Part shown: piece after piece, positions 10,590-20,923 of the stretch
Layout: the number at the start of each line of letters is the position of its first letter
Numbering within the stretch: the first letter of the stretch is position 1
Source: Desulfomonilia bacterium
Lineage (GTDB): Bacteria > Desulfobacterota > Desulfomonilia > UBA1062
Reading direction: 5' to 3'
DNA length: 64,000 bases
Assembly: GCA_050014195.1 (NCBI GenBank)
Contig: JBEKDT010000001.1
Location: forward strand, 426,296-490,295
The notes under the pieces: generated by a model
The model's input: only the letters and a program-made list of their open reading frames with translations
What the model was told of the DNA's origin: nothing
Database searches by the model: none
Made by a program: the position numbers and the translations under genes

Positions 10590-13500
10590 GCACTCTTCCC
10601 CTTCAGATAATTAATCATGGGCTGAGTGACCAGCGGCACCACCTCTCCTATCATGTGGGGCATGAGGTTGGCAACGACCTTTGGCATGAGCTCAGGCATC
10701 TGCTCGCGCATGTAGTCGGGCATGGGGATGCGCTCGGAGACCTTCTTGAGCATAGTAGGCATGACCTTGGGCATCATCATGGGCAGCAGCCTCGGGAACA
10801 GGACCGGGAACATGGGCTTCATGAGGTCGAGCGCACCCGGAATTTTGCCCATAATGCGCATCATGGGCCCCATGCCGAACGGCATGGCAGAGATGAGCTC
10901 GGACCACATGGTACCCATGAGGTCGGCGAACCCCTGCGGTGTCATGAGTGCTATCATGGCCTCGAACACGGCCCACTGCTTCTGCACTTCGGGATTGGGA
11001 TCAGGGAAATCATACCCCAGGGCGGAAGAGGCGAATCGCGCCAAGTCCACTATTTCGAGCGGCATCTTCTTTTTTTCCGCAGTGACCCGGAACTGGAACT
11101 CGCAGCACGGGCACAGGGCCAGGACCTTCTGGGCTCCGGCATCCAATGCCTCGTTCAGACGCGTCTCCCCGATATCGGCGGCTACCAGGGGCTCCTTGAG
11201 GAGGTTGAGCACGCTCCCGCAGCAGTGCGCCTCGGCATGATGATAATCCATCTCCACGAATTTCACATGGGGGATCGCCTTGATGAGGTCCCGTGGCTCT
11301 TCATAAACACCCGATACACGGCCCATGTGGCACGAGTCATGCCAGGTTACCGTAACCTCTTCCTGCCCCGTATCCGGGAAGGTGAACTCGCCCGATCTGA
11401 TCTTTTCCGAGAGGATCTCGCTGTAGTGGCGTGCCGTTATGTCATAATCGATACCCAGCTTTTTAGCCCATGTCGGGTAGACATGTCGCCACATCATATT
11501 GCATGCAGGGCAGGATGTAATAACGGTGTCACTGCCGGCTTCTTTGACAGCCTTAATGTTCCTCCTCATGATCGCTTCAAACACATCCCACTTGCCGGCA
11601 ACCAGCATGGGCGTGCCGCAGCAGTTTTCCTTGTTGCCAACATAGGTGAAATCCACCCCTGCCTTATCCAGCAGCCGCACACTCGCCATGCCGATGTCCT
11701 CTTCCACATAGCTCGCGGTACACCCTGCGAAATAGACGTTCTTGGCCTTTGTGCCGGGGCCGTGCTTCTCCTTGAGGTCTTCTGGGAACCACTTGGCTCG
11801 GTCCTTACGGTAGCCGGCCCATATGTTGCCTTCCTTCATGGCTGCCGCCGACATGATCTCAAAGGGAGGGAAGGTCATCTTCTTTTCCTCATCTACGAGC
11901 TTGCCCCTGAGCTTCATCCAGGAAGGCTCTATGGGAAGCGCTGCAGAGCAACGGAAATTGCAGAGCTCGCAGGTGGTGCAGACCAGTATGGTGTCCACCA
12001 TCTTCTGGTTCCACTCCTGCTTGCCTTTCATATACTCCCGCAACCAGTACCACTTGCCCCTTGGGCTCTGGCTCTCCCATCCGCGGCCGTAGAACTGATC
12101 ACACTCATCCACACAGTAGCCGCACTGGGAGCAGCTGTAGGCATACCAGGCCACATCAGGCGGGATATCCCGAACATCTTTTTCAGGCCTCTCCCCCACT
12201 TCCGTGATAATGGCATAACTGAAAGGCCTGATGAGCGGCTCGAATATGCTCCCCAGTCTGACGGCAGTCCCGATGAGTCCTCCTCCGAGCACCTTGCCGG
12301 GGTTCAGTATCCCCTTGGGGTCGACCTTCTTTTTGAATGACTTCATCCGGGCAAGGCGGTCTTTTCCGAGGACCGCCTTTGCCTTGTTCTTGAAATAGAG
12401 CCCTGTGGCATACGCTCGTCCGCCATATTTTTCAGCAATCTTCATGACCGTGAGCGACAGAGGGAAGACGAAGTTGTAGCTGAACTTCCGCTCATCGCTC
12501 GGGATGAATCCGAGGATGACCACCTCGGGCTTGCCGGATGCCGATTTCCTGATGACCACCCCCTCCTTGACCACGGGCTGCTGGATGGTGCTCTCCACCT
12601 TCTTCATGAAGTCGCCGAAGGAAGACAGCGGGATGACCACTTCGGCGGGTACAAGACTTGGACCCAAGCGCTTCACCACCATGAGCTTGAATCGGTGCTT
12701 CCATTCATGGTACGCAATTTTATCACTCAGGATCTCTGCCTCGCACAGTTTGATGATCTTGCCGAGGCCGCTCATAACCTGCCCTGCGTCCTTCTTACGG
12801 AAGGTGAGCGTGATGATGTAGGATGCAGGCAGGAGCACCCGCTCCTCTGCCGGGTGGCCCCAGTGCTCCATCATAGGTGCCTGGTTCTTCATCTCCGCCA
12901 TCTTCGGGTTGATGAACACGATGGACCATATGGGCAGGCCTTCGGATATCATTGCCTCCATGAGCTTCTGGAGGTCATGGGGGTTCGGACAGCCGATGGA
13001 GACCAGATCCATGGGCTCATCAAGCTGTACCTTAATGGTGATCTCGCCGATCAGCCCGGTTATGCCTTCCGCATCACTGATCATATCGAGATCTTTCCCC
13101 TCGAACACGCTGACCGTACCATCGGGAAGCACGACGCGGGCACTCAGCACGATGTCCCTGAACCAGCCGGCTTCAAACGAACCGAAGCCTGCACCTCCCT
13201 GGGCAAGCCAGCCTCCTGCTGTTGAGCTCGGGTAGCTGGAAGGATAGGTAAGCAGCGTGAGGCCTTTCTTCTTCAGCTCGCGGTCAAGCCCTTCCCAAAC
13301 AATACCAGGCTGGACAGTGGCTGTAAGCTTATCTTTATCGATAGAAAGCACCTTCTTCATGCGGTAGAAATCCACCACGATGCCGTTCTCAACGGGCAAA
13401 ACTCCGCCGTAGCCCGAAGAAGCCTTGCCCCTCGGGGTGAGCGGGATATGGTTTTTGGCGGCCCACATCACCAGTTCTTTCAGCTCCTCTTCGCTCTGGG

Positions 13501-13672
13501 GCTGCACCACGGCATCGGGGGTGGTATCGCCGATCAAGGGCTTGATAAGGCTCGGCATGGCGGCTATGTCATGCCCATAGAGCATTCGCTCCACGTCATC
13601 AAAGGTCACACGGTCCTTGAATTTTTCCTTGAGATATTCTTTATGGGCTTTGCTGAGATTCGACATGCTCAT
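10586..13672 (-). CDS. FAD-linked oxidoreductase (GlcD/Dld-type) fused to 2x[4Fe-4S] and CCG (GlpC/HdrD-like) domains, with Met/Pro-rich tail
   Basis: PRGKASSGYGG, VQPGIVW, DPKGILNPGK; CSQCGYC, CTTCELCNFRC; ENCCG, TWHDSCH, HCCG. Confidence 0.9.
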   Translation of the reverse strand: MSMSNLSKAHKEYLKEKFKDRVTFDDVERMLYGHDIAAMPSLIKPLIGDTTPDAVVQPQSEEELKELVMWAAKNHIPLTPRGKASSGYGGVLPVENGIVVDFYRMKKVLSIDKDKLTATVQPGIVWEGLDRELKKKGLTLLTYPSSYPSSTAGGWLAQGGAGFGSFEAGWFRDIVLSARVVLPDGTVSVFEGKDLDMISDAEGITGLIGEITIKVQLDEPMDLVSIGCPNPHDLQKLMEAMISEGLPIWSIVFINPKMAEMKNQAPMMEHWGHPAEERVLLPASYIITLTFRKKDAGQVMSGLGKIIKLCEAEILSDKIAYHEWKHRFKLMVVKRLGPSLVPAEVVIPLSSFGDFMKKVESTIQQPVVKEGVVIRKSASGKPEVVILGFIPSDERKFSYNFVFPLSLTVMKIAEKYGGRAYATGLYFKNKAKAVLGKDRLARMKSFKKKVDPKGILNPGKVLGGGLIGTAVRLGSIFEPLIRPFSYAIITEVGERPEKDVRDIPPDVAWYAYSCSQCGYCVDECDQFYGRGWESQSPRGKWYWLREYMKGKQEWNQKMVDTILVCTTCELCNFRCSAALPIEPSWMKLRGKLVDEEKKMTFPPFEIMSAAAMKEGNIWAGYRKDRAKWFPEDLKEKHGPGTKAKNVYFAGCTASYVEEDIGMASVRLLDKAGVDFTYVGNKENCCGTPMLVAGKWDVFEAIMRRNIKAVKEAGSDTVITSCPACNMMWRHVYPTWAKKLGIDYDITARHYSEILSEKIRSGEFTFPDTGQEEVTVTWHDSCHMGRVSGVYEEPRDLIKAIPHVKFVEMDYHHAEAHCCGSVLNLLKEPLVAADIGETRLNEALDAGAQKVLALCPCCEFQFRVTAEKKKMPLEIVDLARFASSALGYDFPDPNPEVQKQWAVFEAMIALMTPQGFADLMGTMWSELISAMPFGMGPMMRIMGKIPGALDLMKPMFPVLFPRLLPMMMPKVMPTMLKKVSERIPMPDYMREQMPELMPKVVANLMPHMIGEVVPLVTQPMINYLKGKSA

Positions 13673-13718
13673 GCCTCCTGTGTGCTATCCCGCTGAGTTA
13701 ATCGGAGCTGTTCCTGCA

Positions 13719-15008
13719 TTAAAAATACCATGTGAGTCCGAAGTCAAGGCTGTCCTCGCTCAGCGTGGACTTGAGGGAGACTGCCTGTCCGAACGGGTCG
13801 GTGCCGGACTCAGAGATGGTCTTCTCGAAGGCATGCATGTAGCCAAGGTTCATGGAGAACTGCTTGGTGAAATTGTATCCAACACCGCAGGTCACATGCT
13901 TTTCAGCAACGGCCGGGAAACCGATGATCCGGAAGGTCTCATAGTAATAGGCAGGGAATATGGTTCCCTGGACATTGACAGCGCTGTTGGGCATGCCGGT
14001 TGATGGATTGAAGCTCCCATTAAATCCGTTGTGCTCCTCAACAGGGTTTTTCGCATAGTTGAATCCGGCCCTGACAGTGAATTTCTTGATCGGCTCCGCC
14101 TTCAGCCCGATGGCATAGACCAACTGATTTTTCCAGTCAAAATCTTTATAGCCGGCGGCATTCGCCCAGTTCAGCCATTTGACATCTGTCTCCACAAGAA
14201 GATTCATTGCAGAGGGGATCTCATATGAAGCACCGACCCCAAGCTGAGTGGGTGACTCCAGCTTCAATCTATTCAGGTTGGGCAGGTTGATGTTGTCATG
14301 GATTGTCTCCTGGGGAGAAGTATAGCTCAATCCCAGGTTGATTGAATCCGTGGGCATGAAGATAAGACCCAACTGGCCCCCGGCGGAATAGGCCGGTGAA
14401 GTGCCGTTCCTCAGATCGAGCATTGCATAGTCGATGTGAACTGCCATACCAAGGGAGAGTTTGTCCGTGAGAAGCACACTTAAAGCCGGTGCGAACTTCA
14501 TGACCTGCAGTGAGGTATAATCTCCCTGGATGAGAGGTGCGGTTTTCCCTCCCCCGAAATTATAATATGAAGAATTATCAAGTGCCCCACCACGATAATC
14601 TACGCCGAGACCCGTCACGCCATACGCTGCAATCCCGAACCTCCACACAGGAAGCTTATCCGTGATAGGCACGGACAGGCCTATGGCAGGAATGGCATAG
14701 ACAGAACTCGCAGATGAGTCCTCTGCAACTGACCCTGCATGTACGACCTCTGCCTTCACATGGGGCATGAAGAGCGTACCTGCAAAATCAAAGGATGATG
14801 ACGGGCAGTACGGGCCGACGCACATGGCGGCAGGGTTGGCGAACACGGCACTGATCGCATCCTGCGGGGCGGCAATGCCTGTCCCTCCCATTGCACGGGC
14901 ATTGGGTCCGATGCCGATCAGGTTATCGCCGTTCGTGGCAAAGGCTCCTGAACCAAACGCCATAATGACCAGCAATATGATCGCCGAACTTATTGAACTT
15001 CTTTTCAT
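13719..15008 (-). CDS. FadL/OmpP1/TodX outer-membrane transporter
   Basis: Signal peptide, ATNG..IGPNARAMGG, NPA motif, C-terminal aromatic TWYF. Confidence 0.88.
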   Translation of the reverse strand: MKRSSISSAIILLVIMAFGSGAFATNGDNLIGIGPNARAMGGTGIAAPQDAISAVFANPAAMCVGPYCPSSSFDFAGTLFMPHVKAEVVHAGSVAEDSSASSVYAIPAIGLSVPITDKLPVWRFGIAAYGVTGLGVDYRGGALDNSSYYNFGGGKTAPLIQGDYTSLQVMKFAPALSVLLTDKLSLGMAVHIDYAMLDLRNGTSPAYSAGGQLGLIFMPTDSINLGLSYTSPQETIHDNINLPNLNRLKLESPTQLGVGASYEIPSAMNLLVETDVKWLNWANAAGYKDFDWKNQLVYAIGLKAEPIKKFTVRAGFNYAKNPVEEHNGFNGSFNPSTGMPNSAVNVQGTIFPAYYYETFRIIGFPAVAEKHVTCGVGYNFTKQFSMNLGYMHAFEKTISESGTDPFGQAVSLKSTLSEDSLDFGLTWYF

Positions 15009-15091
15009 AACTTCCTCCTTGTGTTTCTTAAGATATCGATACCTGGCTCATGCAGTGGGTACTCTGGATAAGAATCTCCTTTTACATGGTG

Positions 15092-15427
15092 TTACTTTAA
15101 GTTTCTGTCTATAAAAGCAGCGAGTTTGGCCTTGGGGAGTGAACCAATCTGCGTCCCCCGGACCAGTCCTCCTTTTATGAACAATAATGTGGGTATGCTC
15201 CGGACTCCGTATTTTCTCGATGTCTCAGGACTCTCATCAACATTCACCTTCACCATATTCACCCGTCCGTCATATTCCTTGGCTATGTCTTCCAGAACCG
15301 GTCCGATAGCCCGGCAGGGTCCGCACCATGGTGCCCAGAAATCCACCAGGGCAGGGCTTTCAGACTTTATAACAATGGCATCAAACGTGTTATCATCGGC
15401 ATGGGTTACATATTGCTTGCTCTCCAT
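15092..15427 (-). CDS. trxA: Thioredoxin
   Basis: DFWAPWCGPC, YGVRSIPT. Confidence 0.96.
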   Translation of the reverse strand: MESKQYVTHADDNTFDAIVIKSESPALVDFWAPWCGPCRAIGPVLEDIAKEYDGRVNMVKVNVDESPETSRKYGVRSIPTLLFIKGGLVRGTQIGSLPKAKLAAFIDRNLK

Positions 15428-15534
15428 TCTTCGCTCCTTAAAAGTGTTGATTTCTTTTGCACCGGGATTCTTGCTTATGATAACAAGGTCTCATCCCGTG
15501 AGGTTAAGCATAAACCAGCTCAGTGGCGCGGTCA

Positions 15535-15548
15535 TTGATCTAGATCAA
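15535..15548. promoter_or_regulatory. FNR-type box TTGATCTAGATCAA
   Basis: Perfect TTGAT-N4-ATCAA palindrome in the divergent intergenic region. Confidence 0.85.
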
Positions 15549-15563
15549 CGGAAATAGAAATTT

Positions 15564-16244
15564 ATGGATATACTGAAACAGATTCAGGACATCCCTCTCT
15601 TCCAGGGGCTCTCCAATGATGTATTGGAGGCCCTTTCCCTGCGTGTCCTGATCGGGACGTACCAGCCGGGAGAGGTGATTGTTGCCGAGACGGACCTGGT
15701 CAAGCAGTTCTTTGTCGTTATTACGGGGCAGGTGAAACTTTCCAAGAGCTCGATAGAGGGCAAGGAACAGACCCTGTACCTTTTAGGACAAGGGGAACCT
15801 TTCGGCCTGTGCACCGCCTTTGCCACCCATGACTTTCCCGCCGAGGCCCTGGCGCTCAAAAAGTCCGATATCCTCACCATTCCCGGAGCAGCCGTGGAGG
15901 AGATCGTCATGAAAGAGCCGGCACTCCTCCTGAACATCCTGAAGGTGCTATCCAACAGGCTCAAGGAATCCATGAGCCTCATCGAGTCCCTGGCGCTCAA
16001 GGAGATCCCCCAGCGCCTGGCCTCATTCATCATCCTCACCCAGCTAAGGGAAAATAAGGACAAAGGCGGCCGGATCGAGTTGTCAATTACCCATCGCGAG
16101 CTGTCGAAGATACTCGGGTCAACACCCGAGGCCCTCTCCCGTGCGTTGAGAAAAATGCAGAACGATGGAGTATTGGAAGTTCAGGGAAGGGTAATCACTA
16201 TCCTGAACCACAAGGCCCTGGAGGAACTCTCGGAAGGTGAGTAG
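15564..16244 (+). CDS. Crp/Fnr-family regulator (Dnr/HcpR-like, no N-terminal Cys cluster)
   Basis: cNMP-fold (GQVKL..GKEQTL..GEPFG) plus HTH ELSKILGSTPEALSR. Confidence 0.93.
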   Translation: MDILKQIQDIPLFQGLSNDVLEALSLRVLIGTYQPGEVIVAETDLVKQFFVVITGQVKLSKSSIEGKEQTLYLLGQGEPFGLCTAFATHDFPAEALALKKSDILTIPGAAVEEIVMKEPALLLNILKVLSNRLKESMSLIESLALKEIPQRLASFIILTQLRENKDKGGRIELSITHRELSKILGSTPEALSRALRKMQNDGVLEVQGRVITILNHKALEELSEGE

Positions 16245-16478
16245 GACCGGGTAGTACTCTTGATCACAATCCTTGAACTCTATGGTATTGAGTGCGCAGT
16301 ACCATGCCATGATACCTTCTGCTCTTGAATGATCACAGGGTAATAATCACCCAGATGAGTAACATTATTTTTTCGTTGTGGTCTTATAGAACCGATCCAG
16401 AAGAGGTCCGGGTGCTTTGTCCCAGGTGGATGCATCCTAGTCAAAATCCCGCCTTGGGTTTGTCATGGGCTCACTCCT

Positions 16479-17804
16479 TTATTTCCGAGGTGCAACTCTT
16501 CGGTAGTTCATATTTGACATCAGTGCAAACATCATCGAGGTGAAACTCCGCGTATTCTTCAAGGTAGAAACGGCTTTGCGAAGCAACACCGGCCAGGCGT
16601 AAATCTGCCGGTGGATCTCGATCATTTTTTGGGAAAGCTGCTCAGGCTCCATGCTGCCGGGACGATGGATCACCTCGGTCATGTCATAATGATTCCAATC
16701 TATGGGGAAGTTAGTATAGAGCAACCGATTCTCTTTATAATACCTGTCGAAAACCCGAGTGCCGGCAAGCGGCGTAAGAAATGTGGTTTGCATCACATCT
16801 ATTTGACTTCGGATCATAAAGTCGGCACGTTGCTGCAGTTTATCAGCCGTATCACCATCCATTCCGAAGATGAAGGCCCCTAAAACAGCAATCCCTGCCT
16901 TGTTGATGCGACGGAATGCCTGGGAGTAGTAATCTACTCCCCGCTTGATATTGAGTTGTTTGTGAACCTCTTCCAAGGCACCCTCATCCTCTGCTTCAAG
17001 CCCAAGGAAGACCATCCTGCAACCGGCACGCCTCGCCCAGAAAAGCACTTCCTCATCATCCCCGAAGTTAAGCGAGGCCTGGCAGAACCACCATTTGTTC
17101 AACTTACGCTCCACCATACCCTTGAAGATCGCCAATGCCTGATCCCGTGACTCTTTGCCGTACCCGATGATATTGTCATCCACAAAGAATATCCTTTTCT
17201 CAGGGATAGTCTCCAGTTCAGCCAGTACTTCCCCGGGGGGACGCCGCCGGTATCGCTTCCCATTAAAGGCTGTAACCGAGCAGAATTCGCAGTCCATGGG
17301 ACAACCCCGCGAGGTCTGCACGGAGGCGAACATATAGCGTGGATGAAATAAGTCACGTCGCGGGTTCGGTGCACCTGACAGGTCGGTCCATCCTCCCTTG
17401 TATATCTTTTGCAGATGTCCTGCCTCAACATCCGATATTACGTGCAGCCAGACGGCCTCTGCTTCGCCTATGACAACAGCATCAACATATTGAAGGGCTT
17501 CTTCCGGTCGGATTGACGCATGAATCCCGCCTATGACCACAGGTACCCTCCGCTGTCGATAGATCGAGGCAATTTCATATGCCCGATTGGCAGAAGCGGT
17601 AAAGGCTGTGATGCCCACTAAATCCGCATCTTGATATGAGAAAGACTCCCAGTTCTCATCAAGCAGCTTTACCTTCCAGGAAGATGGTGTGACTGCTGCG
17701 ACAATTCCCAAGCCGATAGGGGGAAACCGGGAAGACCTGTTGACCGTGAGACCAACACGCGCAGGGTTCACAGGGTTGATCAGGACCAGTCTTGGGCGCT
17801 TCAT
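16479..17804 (-). CDS. B12-binding-domain radical SAM protein
   Basis: PPIGL, GGIHAS, IGEAE, TSRGCPMDCEFC, FVDDN. Confidence 0.93.
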   Translation of the reverse strand: MKRPRLVLINPVNPARVGLTVNRSSRFPPIGLGIVAAVTPSSWKVKLLDENWESFSYQDADLVGITAFTASANRAYEIASIYRQRRVPVVIGGIHASIRPEEALQYVDAVVIGEAEAVWLHVISDVEAGHLQKIYKGGWTDLSGAPNPRRDLFHPRYMFASVQTSRGCPMDCEFCSVTAFNGKRYRRRPPGEVLAELETIPEKRIFFVDDNIIGYGKESRDQALAIFKGMVERKLNKWWFCQASLNFGDDEEVLFWARRAGCRMVFLGLEAEDEGALEEVHKQLNIKRGVDYYSQAFRRINKAGIAVLGAFIFGMDGDTADKLQQRADFMIRSQIDVMQTTFLTPLAGTRVFDRYYKENRLLYTNFPIDWNHYDMTEVIHRPGSMEPEQLSQKMIEIHRQIYAWPVLLRKAVSTLKNTRSFTSMMFALMSNMNYRRVAPRK

Positions 17805-17900
17805 GTTATAGACAATTCCTTGTTATGGTCGGTTATTACGTCCCGACCTCATTTAAAAATAAAATGAACAGCAGCATTATAATGTTGTAATACCCAACCA

Positions 17901-17916
17901 TTGTATTATAATACAA
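17901..17916. promoter_or_regulatory. Probable MarR operator TTGTATTATAATACAA
   Basis: Perfect 16-bp palindrome between the divergent radical SAM and MarR genes. Confidence 0.7.
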
Positions 17917-17956
17917 ATAGAGAATGCAACTATTATTGTGAAAGGAAGAAACTATA

Positions 17957-18406
17957 ATGCCTCTTACAGATAAGGAATCCCTGCAATTGAATCAGGCATT
18001 GTTCAGCATGTCACACGCCTACCATTTGCGTACTGCAAAATATGAAAAAAAGAATCCGACCGGTCTTGCCTTTTCTGATCGGGCGGTGCTCATGGTTTTG
18101 GGCCAGCTGGCGCCGATCAACTCCCGCCAATTATCGAACTTGATGACCATCAATCCCGGCACGATTTCTCAGTATGTCCATAGCCTTGTCAAGAAAGGGC
18201 TGGTCGAAAAAAAACAAGATGAAAATGACCGGCGTAAATGGTGGTTGAGTCTTACGAAAAAAGGGCAGGCCATCTATCAGGAAACAGTCTCAAAAGCGAT
18301 TGTATACACTAGAGATTTCATATCCTCACTGAGTGAAAAGGAACAAAAGACACTCCATCAATTGCTTTTAAAAGCGTCCCACGCCCTGGGATACGAGTGG
18401 CAATAG
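17957..18406 (+). CDS. MarR family regulator
   Basis: wHTH with LVKKGLVE..DENDRR..LTKKG. Confidence 0.92.
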   Translation: MPLTDKESLQLNQALFSMSHAYHLRTAKYEKKNPTGLAFSDRAVLMVLGQLAPINSRQLSNLMTINPGTISQYVHSLVKKGLVEKKQDENDRRKWWLSLTKKGQAIYQETVSKAIVYTRDFISSLSEKEQKTLHQLLLKASHALGYEWQ

Positions 18407-19584
18407 AAATGCGGATTTTGTGGGCAGTCAGCTCACTCGGCAAAGGTCACATCATGCGTGACATTGCAATAGTCAACCAACTTCAGAGGTTGACAGATGT
18501 AGAAGTTGACTGGCTTGTCCCTGATCCCGGCGGAGAATTCATGCGCAACAGGGGTTATACCGTCCTTGATCATTCAGGGCTCTTGTCCGGCAGCGGAAAG
18601 GTCTATGCCCAGGTTTTTGATGGCAGTTCAAACGAGATCAACCTGATGAGGTATACAAAGGCCGATACGAGACTTCACAAGCATGATTTTTTTGTGAGTA
18701 AGAAGGCATGGGAAGATAAGGTATATAATGTAATCATCGGTGACGAGGCCTTCTGGCTCCTCACCGGATTTGCTTCAAGATGGGCAGCTAAGCCTGCCCC
18801 TTTTATTTTCCTCACGGATTTTATCGGTGTAAAGTCAATGCAGCCCGACATGAATGATATTCTCTTTGCCTGGTATAACAATCTCAAGTTCACCATGAGT
18901 TTTTTAGGACCGGATATCTACATCTACATTGGATACGCAGAAGAAATCCCTGACGAGCCGATGGGTTTTCTGCTTCCGGGCAGGAGATCCTGGGCGCGGC
19001 GCCACTGCCGTTTTGTAAGACCCATTGTCAGCTTTGATCCTGAGGCCCTCCCTAATAAATCAACGCTGCGCGAAAATCTCGGATTGCCGGTTCATAAAAC
19101 ATTGTTCATTGCAACAGTAGGCCCGGAAGGAGACGCTTATAAACGAACAACAGACATAGAGTCGGTTCTGGAGCTCTTGCGGTCTGATTACCCGGATGCC
19201 CATTTTGTTATGGTCAGCCCGGAGGCAGGTAGGAAAGACTGGATTCAATACCATGGATACCTTGATGAGCTGTATAAATACTTTGCAGCAGCGGATTTCG
19301 TTTTGACCCAATCAGGATATGGGAAGGTTGCGGAGCTTGCTGCAACAGGAACGCCCTTCATCGCTGTTCCCCTGGATTTTCACTTTGAGCAGGAATACGT
19401 GATGGCTCACCGTTTGGACCACTACGGGGTGGGAAAGATAGTGACTCTTCGCAATAATTCCCCTGAAACGATTGCTGCAATGGCCCTTCAATTAATGGGT
19501 CAAGGTGGACGAAGGGTATCGGTAGACGACGGAACAGAGGTCGCCTGTATTATCCTGAAAGCAGGGAAGCACACAAGTGCATGA
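18397..19584 (+). CDS. GT-B glycosyltransferase (MurG/GT28-like)
   Basis: SSLGKGH, AADFVLTQSGYG..E, HFEQ. Confidence 0.85.
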   Translation: MAIEMRILWAVSSLGKGHIMRDIAIVNQLQRLTDVEVDWLVPDPGGEFMRNRGYTVLDHSGLLSGSGKVYAQVFDGSSNEINLMRYTKADTRLHKHDFFVSKKAWEDKVYNVIIGDEAFWLLTGFASRWAAKPAPFIFLTDFIGVKSMQPDMNDILFAWYNNLKFTMSFLGPDIYIYIGYAEEIPDEPMGFLLPGRRSWARRHCRFVRPIVSFDPEALPNKSTLRENLGLPVHKTLFIATVGPEGDAYKRTTDIESVLELLRSDYPDAHFVMVSPEAGRKDWIQYHGYLDELYKYFAAADFVLTQSGYGKVAELAATGTPFIAVPLDFHFEQEYVMAHRLDHYGVGKIVTLRNNSPETIAAMALQLMGQGGRRVSVDDGTEVACIILKAGKHTSA

Positions 19585-19842
19585 CAATACGTCAGTTCAA
19601 CACAGAGAAATTCTAAAAACGCTTTGCTTGAGTAAAAGGATAAGGGGGTCGGTAATTCTGCTCGGCTAGGTCCAGGAGATAAATACCAGGATAGAGTATA
19701 CCAGAATGCTTATTGCAAATAACATTCTCATCAACTTCTCCTTCATGGATGGGCTTGTTACAAGTTGGTGCCCACATATACCTTTGTTTTTCAAGTTTCA
19801 AGAGGAATTATTATGGAAACAAACCGTGATTGATCTTTTCCC

Positions 19843-20265
19843 TTACACGAGCTCTTCGAGGATTTTTACTGCATCTTGCACATATTTAACGCACCGGACG
19901 GCAAAGATGGCCTTTTCCCGGGCCTCGGCCAGTTGCTCGGGTTTGCCCAGGTCGTACCCGATAAGCTCGGTGCAGTTGATGGAGCCGTGGAGCCTGGTGA
20001 ACCGGTCAACGAACTCCCGCACGACCTCATAGGTCCCTTCCTTCATCTCGGGCCCGCCGCCGTGCTTCAGCCCGATAGCCATAAGAGCGCCTGTAACGGC
20101 ACCGCAGGTGAGACCCAGGTGCGAGATGCCGCCGCCGAATGCACATGCAACCTTCGATGCCGTAAGCTGGTCCATGCCGAAGTCCCCGGCAAAGGCCATG
20201 AGCACTGCCTGGGCGCAGGAGTGTTTGGTTGAGAACAATTGCATGGCATGTTCTGTCTTTGTCAT
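19843..20265 (-). CDS. C-GCAxxG-C-C family redox protein
   Basis: SCAQAV, FGGG, TCGAVTG, GSINCTEL, RCVKYV. Confidence 0.9.
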   Translation of the reverse strand: MTKTEHAMQLFSTKHSCAQAVLMAFAGDFGMDQLTASKVACAFGGGISHLGLTCGAVTGALMAIGLKHGGGPEMKEGTYEVVREFVDRFTRLHGSINCTELIGYDLGKPEQLAEAREKAIFAVRCVKYVQDAVKILEELV

Positions 20266-20366
20266 AGTTACCTTTATACATTATTTTTAAGAAAAAGGAA
20301 CGCCGCACTGTCATGAATGAGGTCGTAACAGCGCGGCGCGATATGCCTAGAGACGATGAGTGATCT

Positions 20367-20894
20367 TCAGATTTGGGGTTCTACCAAAGCAAGCTCTCCG
20401 TCCTGGCGTTTGTAGATAAGATTGAGCTGCTTTGAATCCGTGTTCTGGAAGATAATAAAGTTTTGTGGTGCTTCACCCATCTCCATGACGGCCTCGTCAA
20501 CACTCATGGGCCTGACGGGATAGTTCTTCTCATAGATGAGGCGCTGTTTTGCCTTTTTGCTGACCGGGGGCGCAGCTGCCACTGTTGCCGCCTTACCCTG
20601 CTGGGTCTTCTTACCCTGGAGCTTCTCCTTGTACTTCTTGAGCTGCCTTTCAAGCTTATCCATCACCATGTCGATGGCTGCATACAAGTCCTCGGTGATC
20701 TCTACGGCGTTGATGACCGTGCCGTCCGCGGTGAGGGTGACATCAGCCTTGTGCCGGCGCTTTTCCACAGAAAGGACGACATGCGCTTCAGCGGTGCGGT
20801 CGATGTATCTGTCCATCTTCGAGAGCCTTTTGAACGCGTAGTCTTTCAGCGCATCGGAAGAGTCAATGTTCTTAAAGGTAATGTCGGTCTGCAT
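20367..20894 (-). CDS. hpf: Long ribosome hibernation promoting factor
   Basis: DLYAAID..LERQLKKYKEK; C-terminal PMSVDEAV..YKRQDG; follows rpoN. Confidence 0.95.
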   Translation of the reverse strand: MQTDITFKNIDSSDALKDYAFKRLSKMDRYIDRTAEAHVVLSVEKRRHKADVTLTADGTVINAVEITEDLYAAIDMVMDKLERQLKKYKEKLQGKKTQQGKAATVAAAPPVSKKAKQRLIYEKNYPVRPMSVDEAVMEMGEAPQNFIIFQNTDSKQLNLIYKRQDGELALVEPQI

Positions 20895-20923
20895 AAATCC
20901 TCCTCTCGTGGTTAAACAATGAT

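Noticed and set aside
10655-12340. 561-aa antisense ORF, and similar long ones at 7339, 26769 and 51195
   Set aside because: Codon-bias shadows opposite well-supported genes; no motifs
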